DNA from: a bacterium
GTDB lineage: Bacteria > Patescibacteriota > Minisyncoccia > Phycocordibacterales > UBA2100
Direction of reading: 5' to 3'
Assembly (NCBI GenBank): GCA_038128225.1
Contig: JAYPJF010000002.1
Span: forward strand, 191,751-255,750
DNA length: 64,000 bases
Shown: one piece after another, positions 39,936-48,676 of the stretch
Position numbering within the stretch: position 1 is the stretch's first letter
How the letters are laid out: every line of letters begins with the position of its first letter
The notes under the pieces: model-generated
Seen by the model: the letters and a program-made list of their open reading frames with translations, nothing else
What the model was told of the DNA's origin: nothing
Databases searched by the model: none
Made by a program: the position numbers and the translations under genes

Positions 39936-40946
39936 TTATCTTTTGGAAATAACCGCCTTTTTATATACGTCGAGGTGTTTGATTGCCTCGCCTGTTCCCT
40001 TCGCAACACAATATTGTGGATCTTTTGCGATACGCGCTTTCACTCCCGTGCGCCGATAAACTAATTCAGCAAAATGGCGCAACTGCGAGGAACCACCAGT
40101 CATAATAATGCCCTGGTCGATAATATCGGCGGAAAGTTCGGGAGGGGTTTCTTGCAGCACGTCTTTCATTGCGCCAATCATCTGCCGCAACTCTTTACTT
40201 ATCGCTCGTACTACTTCATTTGTTCCCAACTCAACTGAACGCGGAAGGCCGGTGAGATAGTCGCGCCCTTTCACCTGCATGGTCAACTCTTCTTCAAGCG
40301 GCACCGCAGAACCGATCGTGATTTTAATATTTTCTGCCATCTTGTCGCCAATCGCGATGTTATGCGTTTTCTTCACATAATCTGCGATTGCATGATCAAT
40401 GCGGTTCCCTGCACACTTTACTGACGTTGAAGCAACGATGCCTCCAAGCGAGATCACCGCAACATCGGTCGTTCCGCCACCAATATCAACCACCATATGC
40501 CCGCGCGCTTCATAAATAGGAATCCCCGCGCCGATTGCGGCGAGGATTGGTTCTTTCACCACAAACGCTTCACGCGCGCCTGCTTTCGTTGCAGCCTCCA
40601 CAACCGCGCGCCGCTCAGTTGATGTCACCCCTGCCGGTACTGAAATAAGCACTTCGGGTTTAAAAAAATTAAATCGCCCGAGCGCTTTTCCCATGTAATA
40701 GCGGAGCATCGCTTCGGTGACACGGTAGTCTGCAATAACTCCGTCTTTCATTGGTCGATACGCGATGATGTCGTCAGGCGTGCGCCCTATCATCTCTTTT
40801 GCCTCGTTCCCTACGGCCAAAATCTTGTTGTCTTTCGACACCGCGACTACCGACGGCTCGTTGAGCACGATGCCTTTGCCAGGAGAAAAAACGAGTACCG
40901 TGGTGGTACCGAGGTCAATGCCGAGCTTTGGATTGAGCCGAAACAC
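39936..40946 (-). CDS. mreB: second MreB/Mbl paralog
   Basis: LGIDLGTT, EPILAAIGAG, DIGGGTTD, TPPELSADI. Confidence 0.93.
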   Translation of the reverse strand: MFRLNPKLGIDLGTTTVLVFSPGKGIVLNEPSVVAVSKDNKILAVGNEAKEMIGRTPDDIIAYRPMKDGVIADYRVTEAMLRYYMGKALGRFNFFKPEVLISVPAGVTSTERRAVVEAATKAGAREAFVVKEPILAAIGAGIPIYEARGHMVVDIGGGTTDVAVISLGGIVASTSVKCAGNRIDHAIADYVKKTHNIAIGDKMAENIKITIGSAVPLEEELTMQVKGRDYLTGLPRSVELGTNEVVRAISKELRQMIGAMKDVLQETPPELSADIIDQGIIMTGGSSQLRHFAELVYRRTGVKARIAKDPQYCVAKGTGEAIKHLDVYKKAVISKR

Positions 40947-40979
40947 TGGAGCATTGTAGGAGAGATTGCAAAAAATGAA

Positions 40980-41003
40980 AGCCGCCCACGTCCGTGGGCG
41001 GCT
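40980..41003 (-). terminator. intrinsic terminator
   Basis: AGCCGCCCAC-GTCC-GTGGGCGGCT, T-rich tail on the minus strand. Confidence 0.65.
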
Positions 41004-41013
41004 CTTGAAAAAA

Positions 41014-41268
41014 TCACTCTTTCCCCTCACCTACACTCCGATGCTTCATACGTGCCGCCTTAAGGGCATACCCCTGGGCTTGGTCTAGATGCACTTTCGC
41101 ACCAAGCGCGTATCCTTCCGCGATTGCATCCATGCCTGCCTTCTTAAGACTCGCGACCTGCAGTAAACTTTCAGCCCAACAAAGCAGTTGAAATCCTGCG
41201 AGATCAACATACTCCTCGTAACCAGGTTTGGCTTTCTTTGCTGATGCCCGTTTTGACTTTCGCGCCAT
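41014..41268 (-). CDS. orphan hypothetical protein
   Basis: AAGGAG SD. Confidence 0.55.
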   Translation of the reverse strand: MARKSKRASAKKAKPGYEEYVDLAGFQLLCWAESLLQVASLKKAGMDAIAEGYALGAKVHLDQAQGYALKAARMKHRSVGEGKE

Positions 41269-41294
41269 CCCATGCTCCTTGCTGGATTACGGCG

Positions 41295-41498
41295 TCAGCA
41301 CCGTTCCACCAAAAAATCCCCGCTCCGTGTAGCCAACTCCGCCTCGTAGCGCTTCGCCACTTTCTCGCACTGATCGGCGCAGTCGCCCTTGCCGCTTCCG
41401 CGAGCCGAGGAGGCACGCCGACGATACACGCGGATACGTTCCTCGAGCTGCCCTTTGGCAAGATTGGCGAGCACTGTGTCGAGCGAATCCATTTCCAT
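41295..41498 (-). CDS. orphan hypothetical protein
   Basis: TTGACA-N16-TACTAT promoter, AAGGA SD. Confidence 0.55.
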   Translation of the reverse strand: MEMDSLDTVLANLAKGQLEERIRVYRRRASSARGSGKGDCADQCEKVAKRYEAELATRSGDFLVERC

Positions 41499-41560
41499 TG
41501 TTTATTCCTTTCTCTACCTCCGCTAGTGCGCGATAGTACAATCTTATCTCTACTTGTCAA

Positions 41561-41842
41561 TTATCTATCCCCACGCCCATTTTTGAGTTTCCCCTTCACT
41601 TCCCACCAAAACTTTTTAGAAAAGTTCTTTGCGTCCTTGCAAACGCTTTGAAGATAGTACAGATCTTTGGTCGGAATCCCTTGGAGCATATACCCCATGC
41701 GCGCTATCGTTATCTTCGGAAGTCCATCTTGAACGCGCGAAACGTTCAGTTCCGCGCAAAAATAGCGCAGTAGCTCTCCGCGCTCTGTTTCTTTTCCCTG
41801 TGCAAGCGCCCGCTGTTTCAGAATATCTTTGATGTGCTTCAT
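41561..41842 (-). CDS. conserved hypothetical protein
   Basis: TERGELL..F...DLYYL.S.CKD..NFSK.FWW. Confidence 0.65.
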   Translation of the reverse strand: MKHIKDILKQRALAQGKETERGELLRYFCAELNVSRVQDGLPKITIARMGYMLQGIPTKDLYYLQSVCKDAKNFSKKFWWEVKGKLKNGRGDR

Positions 41843-41884
41843 GTTTCCTTTCGCTCCCGTACACCGTATAGTAATAATACTTGT

Positions 41885-42409
41885 ATGATCGTAAAAGCCC
41901 CGCATGCAGTATTGCGCACCGTTGCCCAAACAGTTGATCTCCTAGAACTCAAAACGGCCAAGTTTAAGGCACTTGTCACCACAATGAAAAAAGCTCTGCA
42001 CGCCGCTCAGTACGGCGTTGCAATCGCCGCACCACAGATTGGAGAATCAAAAAGAATCTTTGTGGTCGCAGGGCACGTATACGCTGCGCGCGCAAAAGAA
42101 GAATACGACCCTAAAAAACACCTCGACCATGTTTTTGTAAACCCCGAAATAATTTCCCGCTCAAAAAAAGTATCAAAGAAGCACGAAGGATGCTTGTCAG
42201 TTGAGAGCGAAAACGGGCGTATGCTCTGGGGCGACGTACCGCGCGCCGAAAAAGTTACATTAAAAGCTTTTGACCACGAAGGTACAGCACTGCGCATTGG
42301 CACCTCGGGGCTCCTTGCACAAATCTTCCAACACGAAGTCGATCATTTGAATGGAATTTTATATGTGGACCACGTAGACGTACTGTATGAGGAAAAACCA
42401 AGCGAATAA
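41885..42409 (+). CDS. def: peptide deformylase
   Basis: GVAIAAPQIG, EGCLS, QHEVDHLNG. Confidence 0.96.
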   Translation: MIVKAPHAVLRTVAQTVDLLELKTAKFKALVTTMKKALHAAQYGVAIAAPQIGESKRIFVVAGHVYAARAKEEYDPKKHLDHVFVNPEIISRSKKVSKKHEGCLSVESENGRMLWGDVPRAEKVTLKAFDHEGTALRIGTSGLLAQIFQHEVDHLNGILYVDHVDVLYEEKPSE

Positions 42410-43280
42410 AGACATCCGGTTTATCTTTTTCGGAACACCAGATATTGCGGTGACCGCACTCGAAGCTCTTGCCGAAAGTAACTTACTTCCAGCACTTATC
42501 ATCACGCAGCCCGATGCGCCGAAAGGCCGCGGCCGCATCATGACCGCGCCGCCGGTTAAGACATGGGCGCAACAACACGGGATTGATGTATTGCAACCAG
42601 AAAAAATAACTCACGATGTCGCGGCTGAACTTCACAATACAGAATGGGACGTGTTTGTCGTTGTGGCATATGGCGCCCTCTTACCACAAAGTCTTCTCGA
42701 TATTCCGCGACACGGTGTTCTTAATATGCACCCCTCGCTTCTTCCGCGCCTGCGCGGCCCTTCGCCTATTCAGTCGGCAATTCTTATGGACGAACGCACG
42801 GTTGGAGTTTCGATAATGCTTTTGGACGAAAAAATGGATCATGGAGCTGTCCTTACACAGGCACGCGTAGAACTAGATGAGTGGCCACCGGGAGCGCGTC
42901 TTCTGGAAGGAATTCTTGCTCAAGAAGGATCATCACTCCTTGCGGAAACATTGCCACAGTGGGTCGCGGGTGACATCAATGCAGTGCCGCAAAATGACAA
43001 TGAAGCCACGTTTTGCGAAATGATTGAAAAGGAAGACGCGCTGATTTCATTTTCTGACGCTCCATACCTCAACCTGTTGAAAATACGCGCCTTCGAGGTT
43101 TGGCCCGTTGCGTATACTTTTTTTAAACGGGGCGATCGTACTATACGGGTACAGCTTCTCAGTGCCCATATGGAAGATGAGCAACTTGTCATCGATTCGG
43201 TGAAACCTGAGGGTAAAAGTGAAATGGCATATGCGGATTTTTTGCGCTCAGGAGCAGCTCCGCTTGACAATATGAACTGA
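42387..43280 (+). CDS. fmt: methionyl-tRNA formyltransferase
   Basis: FFGTPD, VVVAYG, NMHPSLLPRLRGPSPI, KMDHG. Confidence 0.96.
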   Translation: MRKNQANKDIRFIFFGTPDIAVTALEALAESNLLPALIITQPDAPKGRGRIMTAPPVKTWAQQHGIDVLQPEKITHDVAAELHNTEWDVFVVVAYGALLPQSLLDIPRHGVLNMHPSLLPRLRGPSPIQSAILMDERTVGVSIMLLDEKMDHGAVLTQARVELDEWPPGARLLEGILAQEGSSLLAETLPQWVAGDINAVPQNDNEATFCEMIEKEDALISFSDAPYLNLLKIRAFEVWPVAYTFFKRGDRTIRVQLLSAHMEDEQLVIDSVKPEGKSEMAYADFLRSGAAPLDNMN

Positions 43281-43291
43281 AACAGTATAGT
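43264..43291 (+). promoter_or_regulatory. sigma70-type promoter with no downstream ORF
   Basis: TTGACA-N16-TATAGT. Confidence 0.65.
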
Positions 43292-43297
43292 CTCCAG

Positions 43298-43470
43298 TAG
43301 TGAAAGCGGTGGTAGCCCACTCCTCCCGGGCAACCACCACAGCTCCTCCTCGCAAATTAGGCGAGGAGGAGCACTAACCGCTGCAGATTGTCCCTCTGCA
43401 GCGACAGTCGGAGCCCACTCCGACTGAGGCGCGGCCAGCTTCTCCCCCCGAGAGCTGGCCGCATCTTTTT
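43298..43470 (+). ncRNA. candidate small RNA of five tandem hairpins with C-rich loops
   Basis: stems at 43308-38, 43342-72, 43379-403, 43405-26 and 43431-62 plus T tract; own promoter. Confidence 0.6.
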
Positions 43471-43482
43471 ATCACTCAGCAG

Positions 43483-43848
43483 CTAGGAACCAAACCGCAA
43501 CCACTCTTTTAGCTTTGCGCCTCCACGCCGCAGTAAGTTGTCGTCTTTTTTGTTTGTTCGTCGAAGAATGTGCATCATCTCGTCTTTCGCTTCATCCACC
43601 GCCGCATTAATGGTTTCTCCGCGCGCCTCGGCACGATAAAATTCGCCTGCAATGCGCAAATTAATTTCCACGCGCCACACATTCCCGTGCGCCCCTGTTG
43701 TTTCGCGCCCCACTTCCACATCGCATTTCACCGCTTCTTCGTCAGCGCGTATGAGTTTTGAAAGTGCACCGAGCTTGTCCTCAATATACTGCCGCGCTTC
43801 TGTGGTGAGCTCATAATGCGTACCTTTAATATTTGGAATGACTGTCAT
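43483..43848 (-). CDS. raiA: ribosome hibernation factor HPF/RaiA
   Basis: IKGTHYELT..ARQYIEDKL...VEINL...INAAVDEAKD. Confidence 0.88.
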   Translation of the reverse strand: MTVIPNIKGTHYELTTEARQYIEDKLGALSKLIRADEEAVKCDVEVGRETTGAHGNVWRVEINLRIAGEFYRAEARGETINAAVDEAKDEMMHILRRTNKKDDNLLRRGGAKLKEWLRFGS

Positions 43849-44111
43849 ATGCGCATGGTAACACTCAAAATCTTGCGACGCGAGGTGTGCCCCCTACTAA
43901 TGCGCACTGCCGTAACAGGCACACCAAAATGGAGTGCAATCAACTCACGGACTCGCGTATTTGCGTAATTGCCCGAAGCTTTCTCTTTTACACGAACAGC
44001 AAAAAAATCCTTATACTCGCGGAGGCGCTCGTTACGCGCTCCTGCGACCACTTCCACAGTGATTTCACGCGTATGTGTTTTTGAGATGAGCGATGATTGC
44101 CTCCGATTCAT
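43845..44111 (-). CDS. DUF167 (YggU-like) protein; start uncertain
   Basis: VVAGAR..AVRVKEKASGNYAN...ISRGHTSRRK. Confidence 0.8.
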   Translation of the reverse strand: MNRRQSSLISKTHTREITVEVVAGARNERLREYKDFFAVRVKEKASGNYANTRVRELIALHFGVPVTAVRISRGHTSRRKILSVTMRI

Positions 44112-44295
44112 ACATTTCTGTATTGTGCTCGGTATCTACTAAATAAGGCGTCTGAAGCTTACCCCCTCGCTTGAGAAGTTCCGCCTCCACCGCAGGGTCT
44201 GCAATATTTTTTAGCGTCAGTGCAACATGTAATTCGGCGGCGAGCTCGAGTACGTCCGCCGAGTGCGGGCAGCCAATTTTCACAAATAATTCCAT
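44065..44295 (-). CDS. glutaredoxin/GST-N-like protein
   Basis: CPHS, GGKLQTPYLVD, MYESEAII. Confidence 0.85.
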   Translation of the reverse strand: MELFVKIGCPHSADVLELAAELHVALTLKNIADPAVEAELLKRGGKLQTPYLVDTEHNTEMYESEAIIAHLKNTYA

Positions 44296-44297
44296 GT

Positions 44298-44933
44298 CTA
44301 TTTTCGCGCGTACGTACCGATGAGAGAAGTCTCTTGCAAAATATGTCCTTCCATGGCTGCAAGCACCTCGGTTTTTGTACTTCCCTCCGGCACGTCAAGC
44401 ATCCCATCAAGCGCGTATAACGTGAACACGTACCGATGCTCTTGAGGATCGTATTGTGAGGGCGGACACGGCCCGGCGTACGCTTGTGCGTTATTCGAAC
44501 TTACACCCATACGCGCAAGAGGCTTTGAGTTTTCGCCAATCACCGTTGTTGAAACCGGGAGATTGAACAAAACCCAATGATCATACACGGCAATTCCTCG
44601 CTCCTTTTTGATCGCTTCGGGAATATCAGGATCTTCCATCAAAAGAACGAGAGATTGTGCATTAGCAGGAACGCCCGAAATTGAAAGCGGTGGATTGACA
44701 CCTTCGCCATCGCACGTGTAGCGCGCTGGTATTGCAGTATTATGCTCAAACGCTGAACTTGTTAGCTCAAAACGTGCCTCAGATGCTTGCGCCATAGATT
44801 CAGTATTGCCGATGTCGGTGAAAAGCATATTAGCTTCCTGTTGAATAGGGCTGTTCGGTTTTACGAGCACATAGAAAAAAAGTGCGACTGCGCCGAGCAT
44901 AAACACGAGCGCTACAGTCCATAAGACCCGCAT
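44298..44933 (-). CDS. YbhB/YbcL (PEBP) family protein
   Basis: LTSSAF, YTCDG..NPPL, EDPD, HWVLFN, YAGPCPP, HRYVFTLYALD. Confidence 0.93.
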   Translation of the reverse strand: MRVLWTVALVFMLGAVALFFYVLVKPNSPIQQEANMLFTDIGNTESMAQASEARFELTSSAFEHNTAIPARYTCDGEGVNPPLSISGVPANAQSLVLLMEDPDIPEAIKKERGIAVYDHWVLFNLPVSTTVIGENSKPLARMGVSSNNAQAYAGPCPPSQYDPQEHRYVFTLYALDGMLDVPEGSTKTEVLAAMEGHILQETSLIGTYARK

Positions 44934-45040
44934 GTAAAAACTATACCATGCAAAATTGCAATGCGAGACTAAAAAAGGTACAGTTTGCTCGTGCCTGCGG
45001 GCACTGTTGTTTTAAGGACTGGCTCCGGCCAGCAATATAT

Positions 45041-45116
45041 TCCGCGGTAGCTCAGTCGGTAGAGCGGCTCGCTGTTAACGAGTTGGTCGTAGGTTCGAAT
45101 CCTACCCGCGGAGCCA
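45041..45116 (+). tRNA. tRNA-Asn(GTT)
   Basis: TCCGCGG acceptor stem, anticodon loop CTGTTAA, CCA encoded. Confidence 0.95.
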
Positions 45117-46814
45117 GTTAGGAATAGAGGCGGCGAAAGCTGCCTCTTTCCTTTTGGTGTAGCCCTTCTTTTCAGGTTCGAGCGTAGCAAGTAGCTGTTT
45201 CTGGTCCCGAAGCTCGTTTTCAATGAGCAAATACGGGTGCAGCCTTTCAATGCTTAGTTTTTTGTCCTTAAGGGTTAGGTTCGAGCCGATGGTTGAAAAT
45301 ATCTCCCGTTTCTTCTGTAACGGAGCGTCTTCGTTGAAATGTCTTTTCGCAAAGGCACAGAAATTGAACGTACGTTCAGCAACGGCGAGGTCATGGTCAA
45401 ACTTCTCTCTAGTACCACCCATTTCTTTTTCAATGCGCGTTCGCTCCGTGACTAAAGCTTTTTTCTCTTGAGCAAATTCATCGGGGGTATACAGCTCGTG
45501 GTGAGAATTCTGTGGTGAGGTAAATATCTTGCTCAAATTAGCAAGCCTTGTTTGGCAGTCATCATATGCCGCCTGAAGAGACACGCGCACCGTCTTCTCT
45601 TCTTTAGTAGAGGTCTTCTGCTTTTCCTGAAGGTAATCGAGGGCTAAGGTTAGGTAATCCTCATCAATGGTAATTTTCTCAAGCTCCTTGTTGAATTGTG
45701 ATTCTAGGTCTTCTACACGCACATGCTTTTGCGTGCAGTCCCGATTCTTTTTCTTGGTGCAGTGATAGTAAACATATTTCAAAATGACAGGATTCTGCAT
45801 TTCGGAAACGTCAGTCAAACATTTCGGGCAATCAGTCCTGTTTTGACTTGAAAACTTGAATTTGCAGTTTGAGCAAATAATCTGATTTTTCTCTTCAGCC
45901 GTGATGGTCGAATCACATTCACCGCAGCGCATTAGACCTGTGAAAGCGAACTCGTGGAGCTGCATTCGAGGCTTACCTTTCTTGCCTAAAAGAAGCTGCG
46001 CACGCTGATACTCCTTTTCAGTAATCATTGGAGGATGATTACCTTTTATCATTTTCTCTTCGCCAGTTTCAGGGTCTGTCCAAGGAAAATAGCCGTAATA
46101 AAAAGGGTCTTTTAGGATGTTGTACATGTGGCTCATCGTAGGAGGATTGCCACCAATCTTCCTGTGCTTGAGGGTTCTCAAGCCCCACTCGTTTATTGCA
46201 ATGTCACGAATCTTGGAAACAGGATAGCTTCCCGTAAGAAAGAGGTCCCATATTTTTCTCACCAACTCAAAACGTTCTGGGTCCGCAGCAATAGTTTTGC
46301 TGCCTTTTTCAGTGCCAACGTTGATATATCCAATCGGACCACCTGAAGGTCGCCAACCGCGTTGAGCTTTACTGTTCAAACCACGTTTAACAACTCTCGA
46401 AAGTCGCATGACGTAATCTGTCGCACGACCACTCTCTATACTCATCAGAAGCCCCGCGTCCTGCGGATAATACGAGCGTGTAGGAGTTTTTATAACTTTA
46501 ATAACCTCATTCTGCAGCATCCACTGGAGCCTGCCGCTATCAATGGGATTTCGAGAAAGACGGTCTACGTCCCAGCAAATTAGCGCGTTTGCCTCTTCGC
46601 GCTCGATACGCTCAAGCATTTGATTAAAGACACTTCGACCAGGGGCTTTCGCACTGCGCTCTTCAGTAAAAGGTTTTGCGACCAACACCAAACTCTCTCG
46701 CTCGCACTGCTTTTTGAGCGCTCCGATTTGGTCGTCTATGGATGCAATCTGGCGTTGAGAATCCTCGGAACTTTTACGACAGTATGCAAAGAATTTAAGA
46801 GTTTCCGTTTTCAT
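45102..46814 (-). CDS. large serine recombinase
   Basis: YCRKSS catalytic Ser, SAKAPGR, DRLSRN, P.GY recombinase domain, Zn ribbon, coiled coil. Confidence 0.95.
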   Translation of the reverse strand: MKTETLKFFAYCRKSSEDSQRQIASIDDQIGALKKQCERESLVLVAKPFTEERSAKAPGRSVFNQMLERIEREEANALICWDVDRLSRNPIDSGRLQWMLQNEVIKVIKTPTRSYYPQDAGLLMSIESGRATDYVMRLSRVVKRGLNSKAQRGWRPSGGPIGYINVGTEKGSKTIAADPERFELVRKIWDLFLTGSYPVSKIRDIAINEWGLRTLKHRKIGGNPPTMSHMYNILKDPFYYGYFPWTDPETGEEKMIKGNHPPMITEKEYQRAQLLLGKKGKPRMQLHEFAFTGLMRCGECDSTITAEEKNQIICSNCKFKFSSQNRTDCPKCLTDVSEMQNPVILKYVYYHCTKKKNRDCTQKHVRVEDLESQFNKELEKITIDEDYLTLALDYLQEKQKTSTKEEKTVRVSLQAAYDDCQTRLANLSKIFTSPQNSHHELYTPDEFAQEKKALVTERTRIEKEMGGTREKFDHDLAVAERTFNFCAFAKRHFNEDAPLQKKREIFSTIGSNLTLKDKKLSIERLHPYLLIENELRDQKQLLATLEPEKKGYTKRKEAAFAASIPNWLRG

Positions 46815-46815
46815 A

Positions 46816-46989
46816 TCACCTCAAAAGAGAACGAATTTTTCCTGTAAGCTGCTGTAACTTAGTCTCAAGCTGAACAACATATTCCAAAAAAGAATCGTCC
46901 CGAAAGTACACACCGAAACATTTGGAGCATGCGTATTTTTCAGTACCCCAAATCCTCTTAAGTTTACAGGAAAGACAAGGTTTTTTCAT
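46816..46989 (-). CDS. small CxxC...CxxC protein (possible recombination accessory factor)
   Basis: CLSC...CSKC; stop codon 2 nt before the recombinase start. Confidence 0.45.
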   Translation of the reverse strand: MKKPCLSCKLKRIWGTEKYACSKCFGVYFRDDSFLEYVVQLETKLQQLTGKIRSLLR

Positions 46990-47082
46990 GGCAATTTTGC
47001 TTGCTTTGTAATATGTGCTGCCAAGCTGCCAACCTGATTCCTTAAGGAAAGAAAAACAACTTGGCAATTTGGCAATGGATTA

Positions 47083-48225
47083 TTAAATATCATCAAAAAT
47101 CGAATTTTCTTCTGTGGGAGATACTATCCCTGCAAGGGCTTCCTCCTCTTTAGGCAAGAAGTAGGAATTCTGCTTACCAACCTTTACGGAATTAATTTTG
47201 CCTAAAAGAACTAGCTCTCGAAGCGCCTGGCGAACATTCTTTTGACCCGCATCTTTTTTAGTGATTTCAAGTAGCTCGTTAGTTGTTCGCATCTCGCCTG
47301 AAGAGAGAACATCCAATATCAGGGATTTGGCGGTCTCTTTCTTGTTTGCATCTTCTTCAATTTCACCTAGGTAGTCGAACTTAAAGACAGTACGACCGTC
47401 CTCCACGCCATCGGTAATCTTCACCGCAAAAGGCTTTATTTCGCTCCCTAGGCGATTTTTACGCTGATAGAAGTGTGTCTCCCCAGACACTTCATCTTTC
47501 CTGAGCATGAGGAGTGTTTCTACACTCGCTACCTTGTCTTGAGAACCAAAAAGCTGCTCTTTTTTTGGTATTTTTCCTTCAAACTGCTGATTCTTGCGTA
47601 GGTGTTCTGTGAATATGACCGACACGCCAGAATTTTTCAGAATCTGGAACTTCTGGAAGAAATGCCGTACTTCTTCTGCCTTTTCTTCGCGCATCCCGCC
47701 TGTGGCAGGACGGAAGGTATCAATGATGAGAACATCAATTTTGTTCTTAAGGATATAGTTCAGAAGCCAACGGTATTTCTTATCTTCTTCGCCCGTACCG
47801 TTCAAATTAAAATCATCCTCATTGAGGATAAAAAGGTTTTCATTTGAAGGGTCAAATTTCATCATTCGACCTCGCCTCTGCATTTCGCTCACTGCCATTT
47901 CCAGATTTACATACAGAACTCTGCATTTTTCAGTTTTGAATCGTGTATCCCCAAACCAGGGTGTACCTGTTGTAAGGCACTCCGACAGATGCATTATGGC
48001 TATAGACTTTCCTTCACCAGAAACAGAAGCCACGATTGATACGCCTTCTTTTGGGAAAAGGTCTTTAACTAGCCATCGGTCATCTGGGAAAGAAAGCTTA
48101 TCTATGTCCGCCCAAAGCACAGGTTCAGGCTGTTTGCGTTCCTCGCGCACAAAATCCCATTCGCGCGGTGCGCCACCTAGACTTTCGATATGCTCTTCAA
48201 GCTTTTGCCATTTTTCTTCCTGCAT
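47083..48225 (-). CDS. AAA_25/RepA-like helicase-type ATPase with C-terminal wHTH
   Basis: Walker A SVSGEGKS, VLYVNLE, Walker B LIIDT, VIFTEHLRK, K.R motif. Confidence 0.8.
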   Translation of the reverse strand: MQEEKWQKLEEHIESLGGAPREWDFVREERKQPEPVLWADIDKLSFPDDRWLVKDLFPKEGVSIVASVSGEGKSIAIMHLSECLTTGTPWFGDTRFKTEKCRVLYVNLEMAVSEMQRRGRMMKFDPSNENLFILNEDDFNLNGTGEEDKKYRWLLNYILKNKIDVLIIDTFRPATGGMREEKAEEVRHFFQKFQILKNSGVSVIFTEHLRKNQQFEGKIPKKEQLFGSQDKVASVETLLMLRKDEVSGETHFYQRKNRLGSEIKPFAVKITDGVEDGRTVFKFDYLGEIEEDANKKETAKSLILDVLSSGEMRTTNELLEITKKDAGQKNVRQALRELVLLGKINSVKVGKQNSYFLPKEEEALAGIVSPTEENSIFDDI

Positions 48226-48394
48226 ACACTTTCGGCAGAATTACCTCGTCTGCCTTAAGGTGGCTCGTAATTGAACCGACCAGACAAACTAATTTTTCAA
48301 AATACTCAAGAGCCATCTCGTCAGAGATGGTTGTACGGTTTTTTATTTCGTAGAGCGCCTTAAACCTCTTGATGTATTTTTCTTTTTCGACCAT
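48197..48394 (-). CDS. small hypothetical protein
   Basis: FKALYE....TISDEMA pattern; overlaps the ATPase start. Confidence 0.55.
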   Translation of the reverse strand: MVEKEKYIKRFKALYEIKNRTTISDEMALEYFEKLVCLVGSITSHLKADEVILPKVYAGRKMAKA

Positions 48395-48676
48395 GTGATG
48401 CGGCATCTGCCGTATCTTGAAAATAGCAATCCGTTATATAAAAGAGAATCCCAATTCTAGGATTCTTTTTTAAAAAATAATGTAGGAAAAAAATAATTAG
48501 TATCAACTCAATATGTCTTAAATATTGGGTCAGTACTAAAACACCTCAACTTAATATCTGGTCAGTATTTTCTTAGTACTAAGCACTTATGCACAGATTT
48601 TCCATGTTCCAAAATACTTTCTTCCTTAAGGCAAGAGTGATTGCTATTTGGGACGAAAATCAGGCATAATGGAAAG

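Noticed and set aside
43298-43470. Known raiA-motif RNA, 6S, SRP or a CsrB-like RNA on the minus strand
   Set aside because: The region lies downstream of raiA and consists of simple tandem hairpins; the promoter and U tract point to the plus strand, where loops are C-rich rather than GGA. An Rfam check is still needed.
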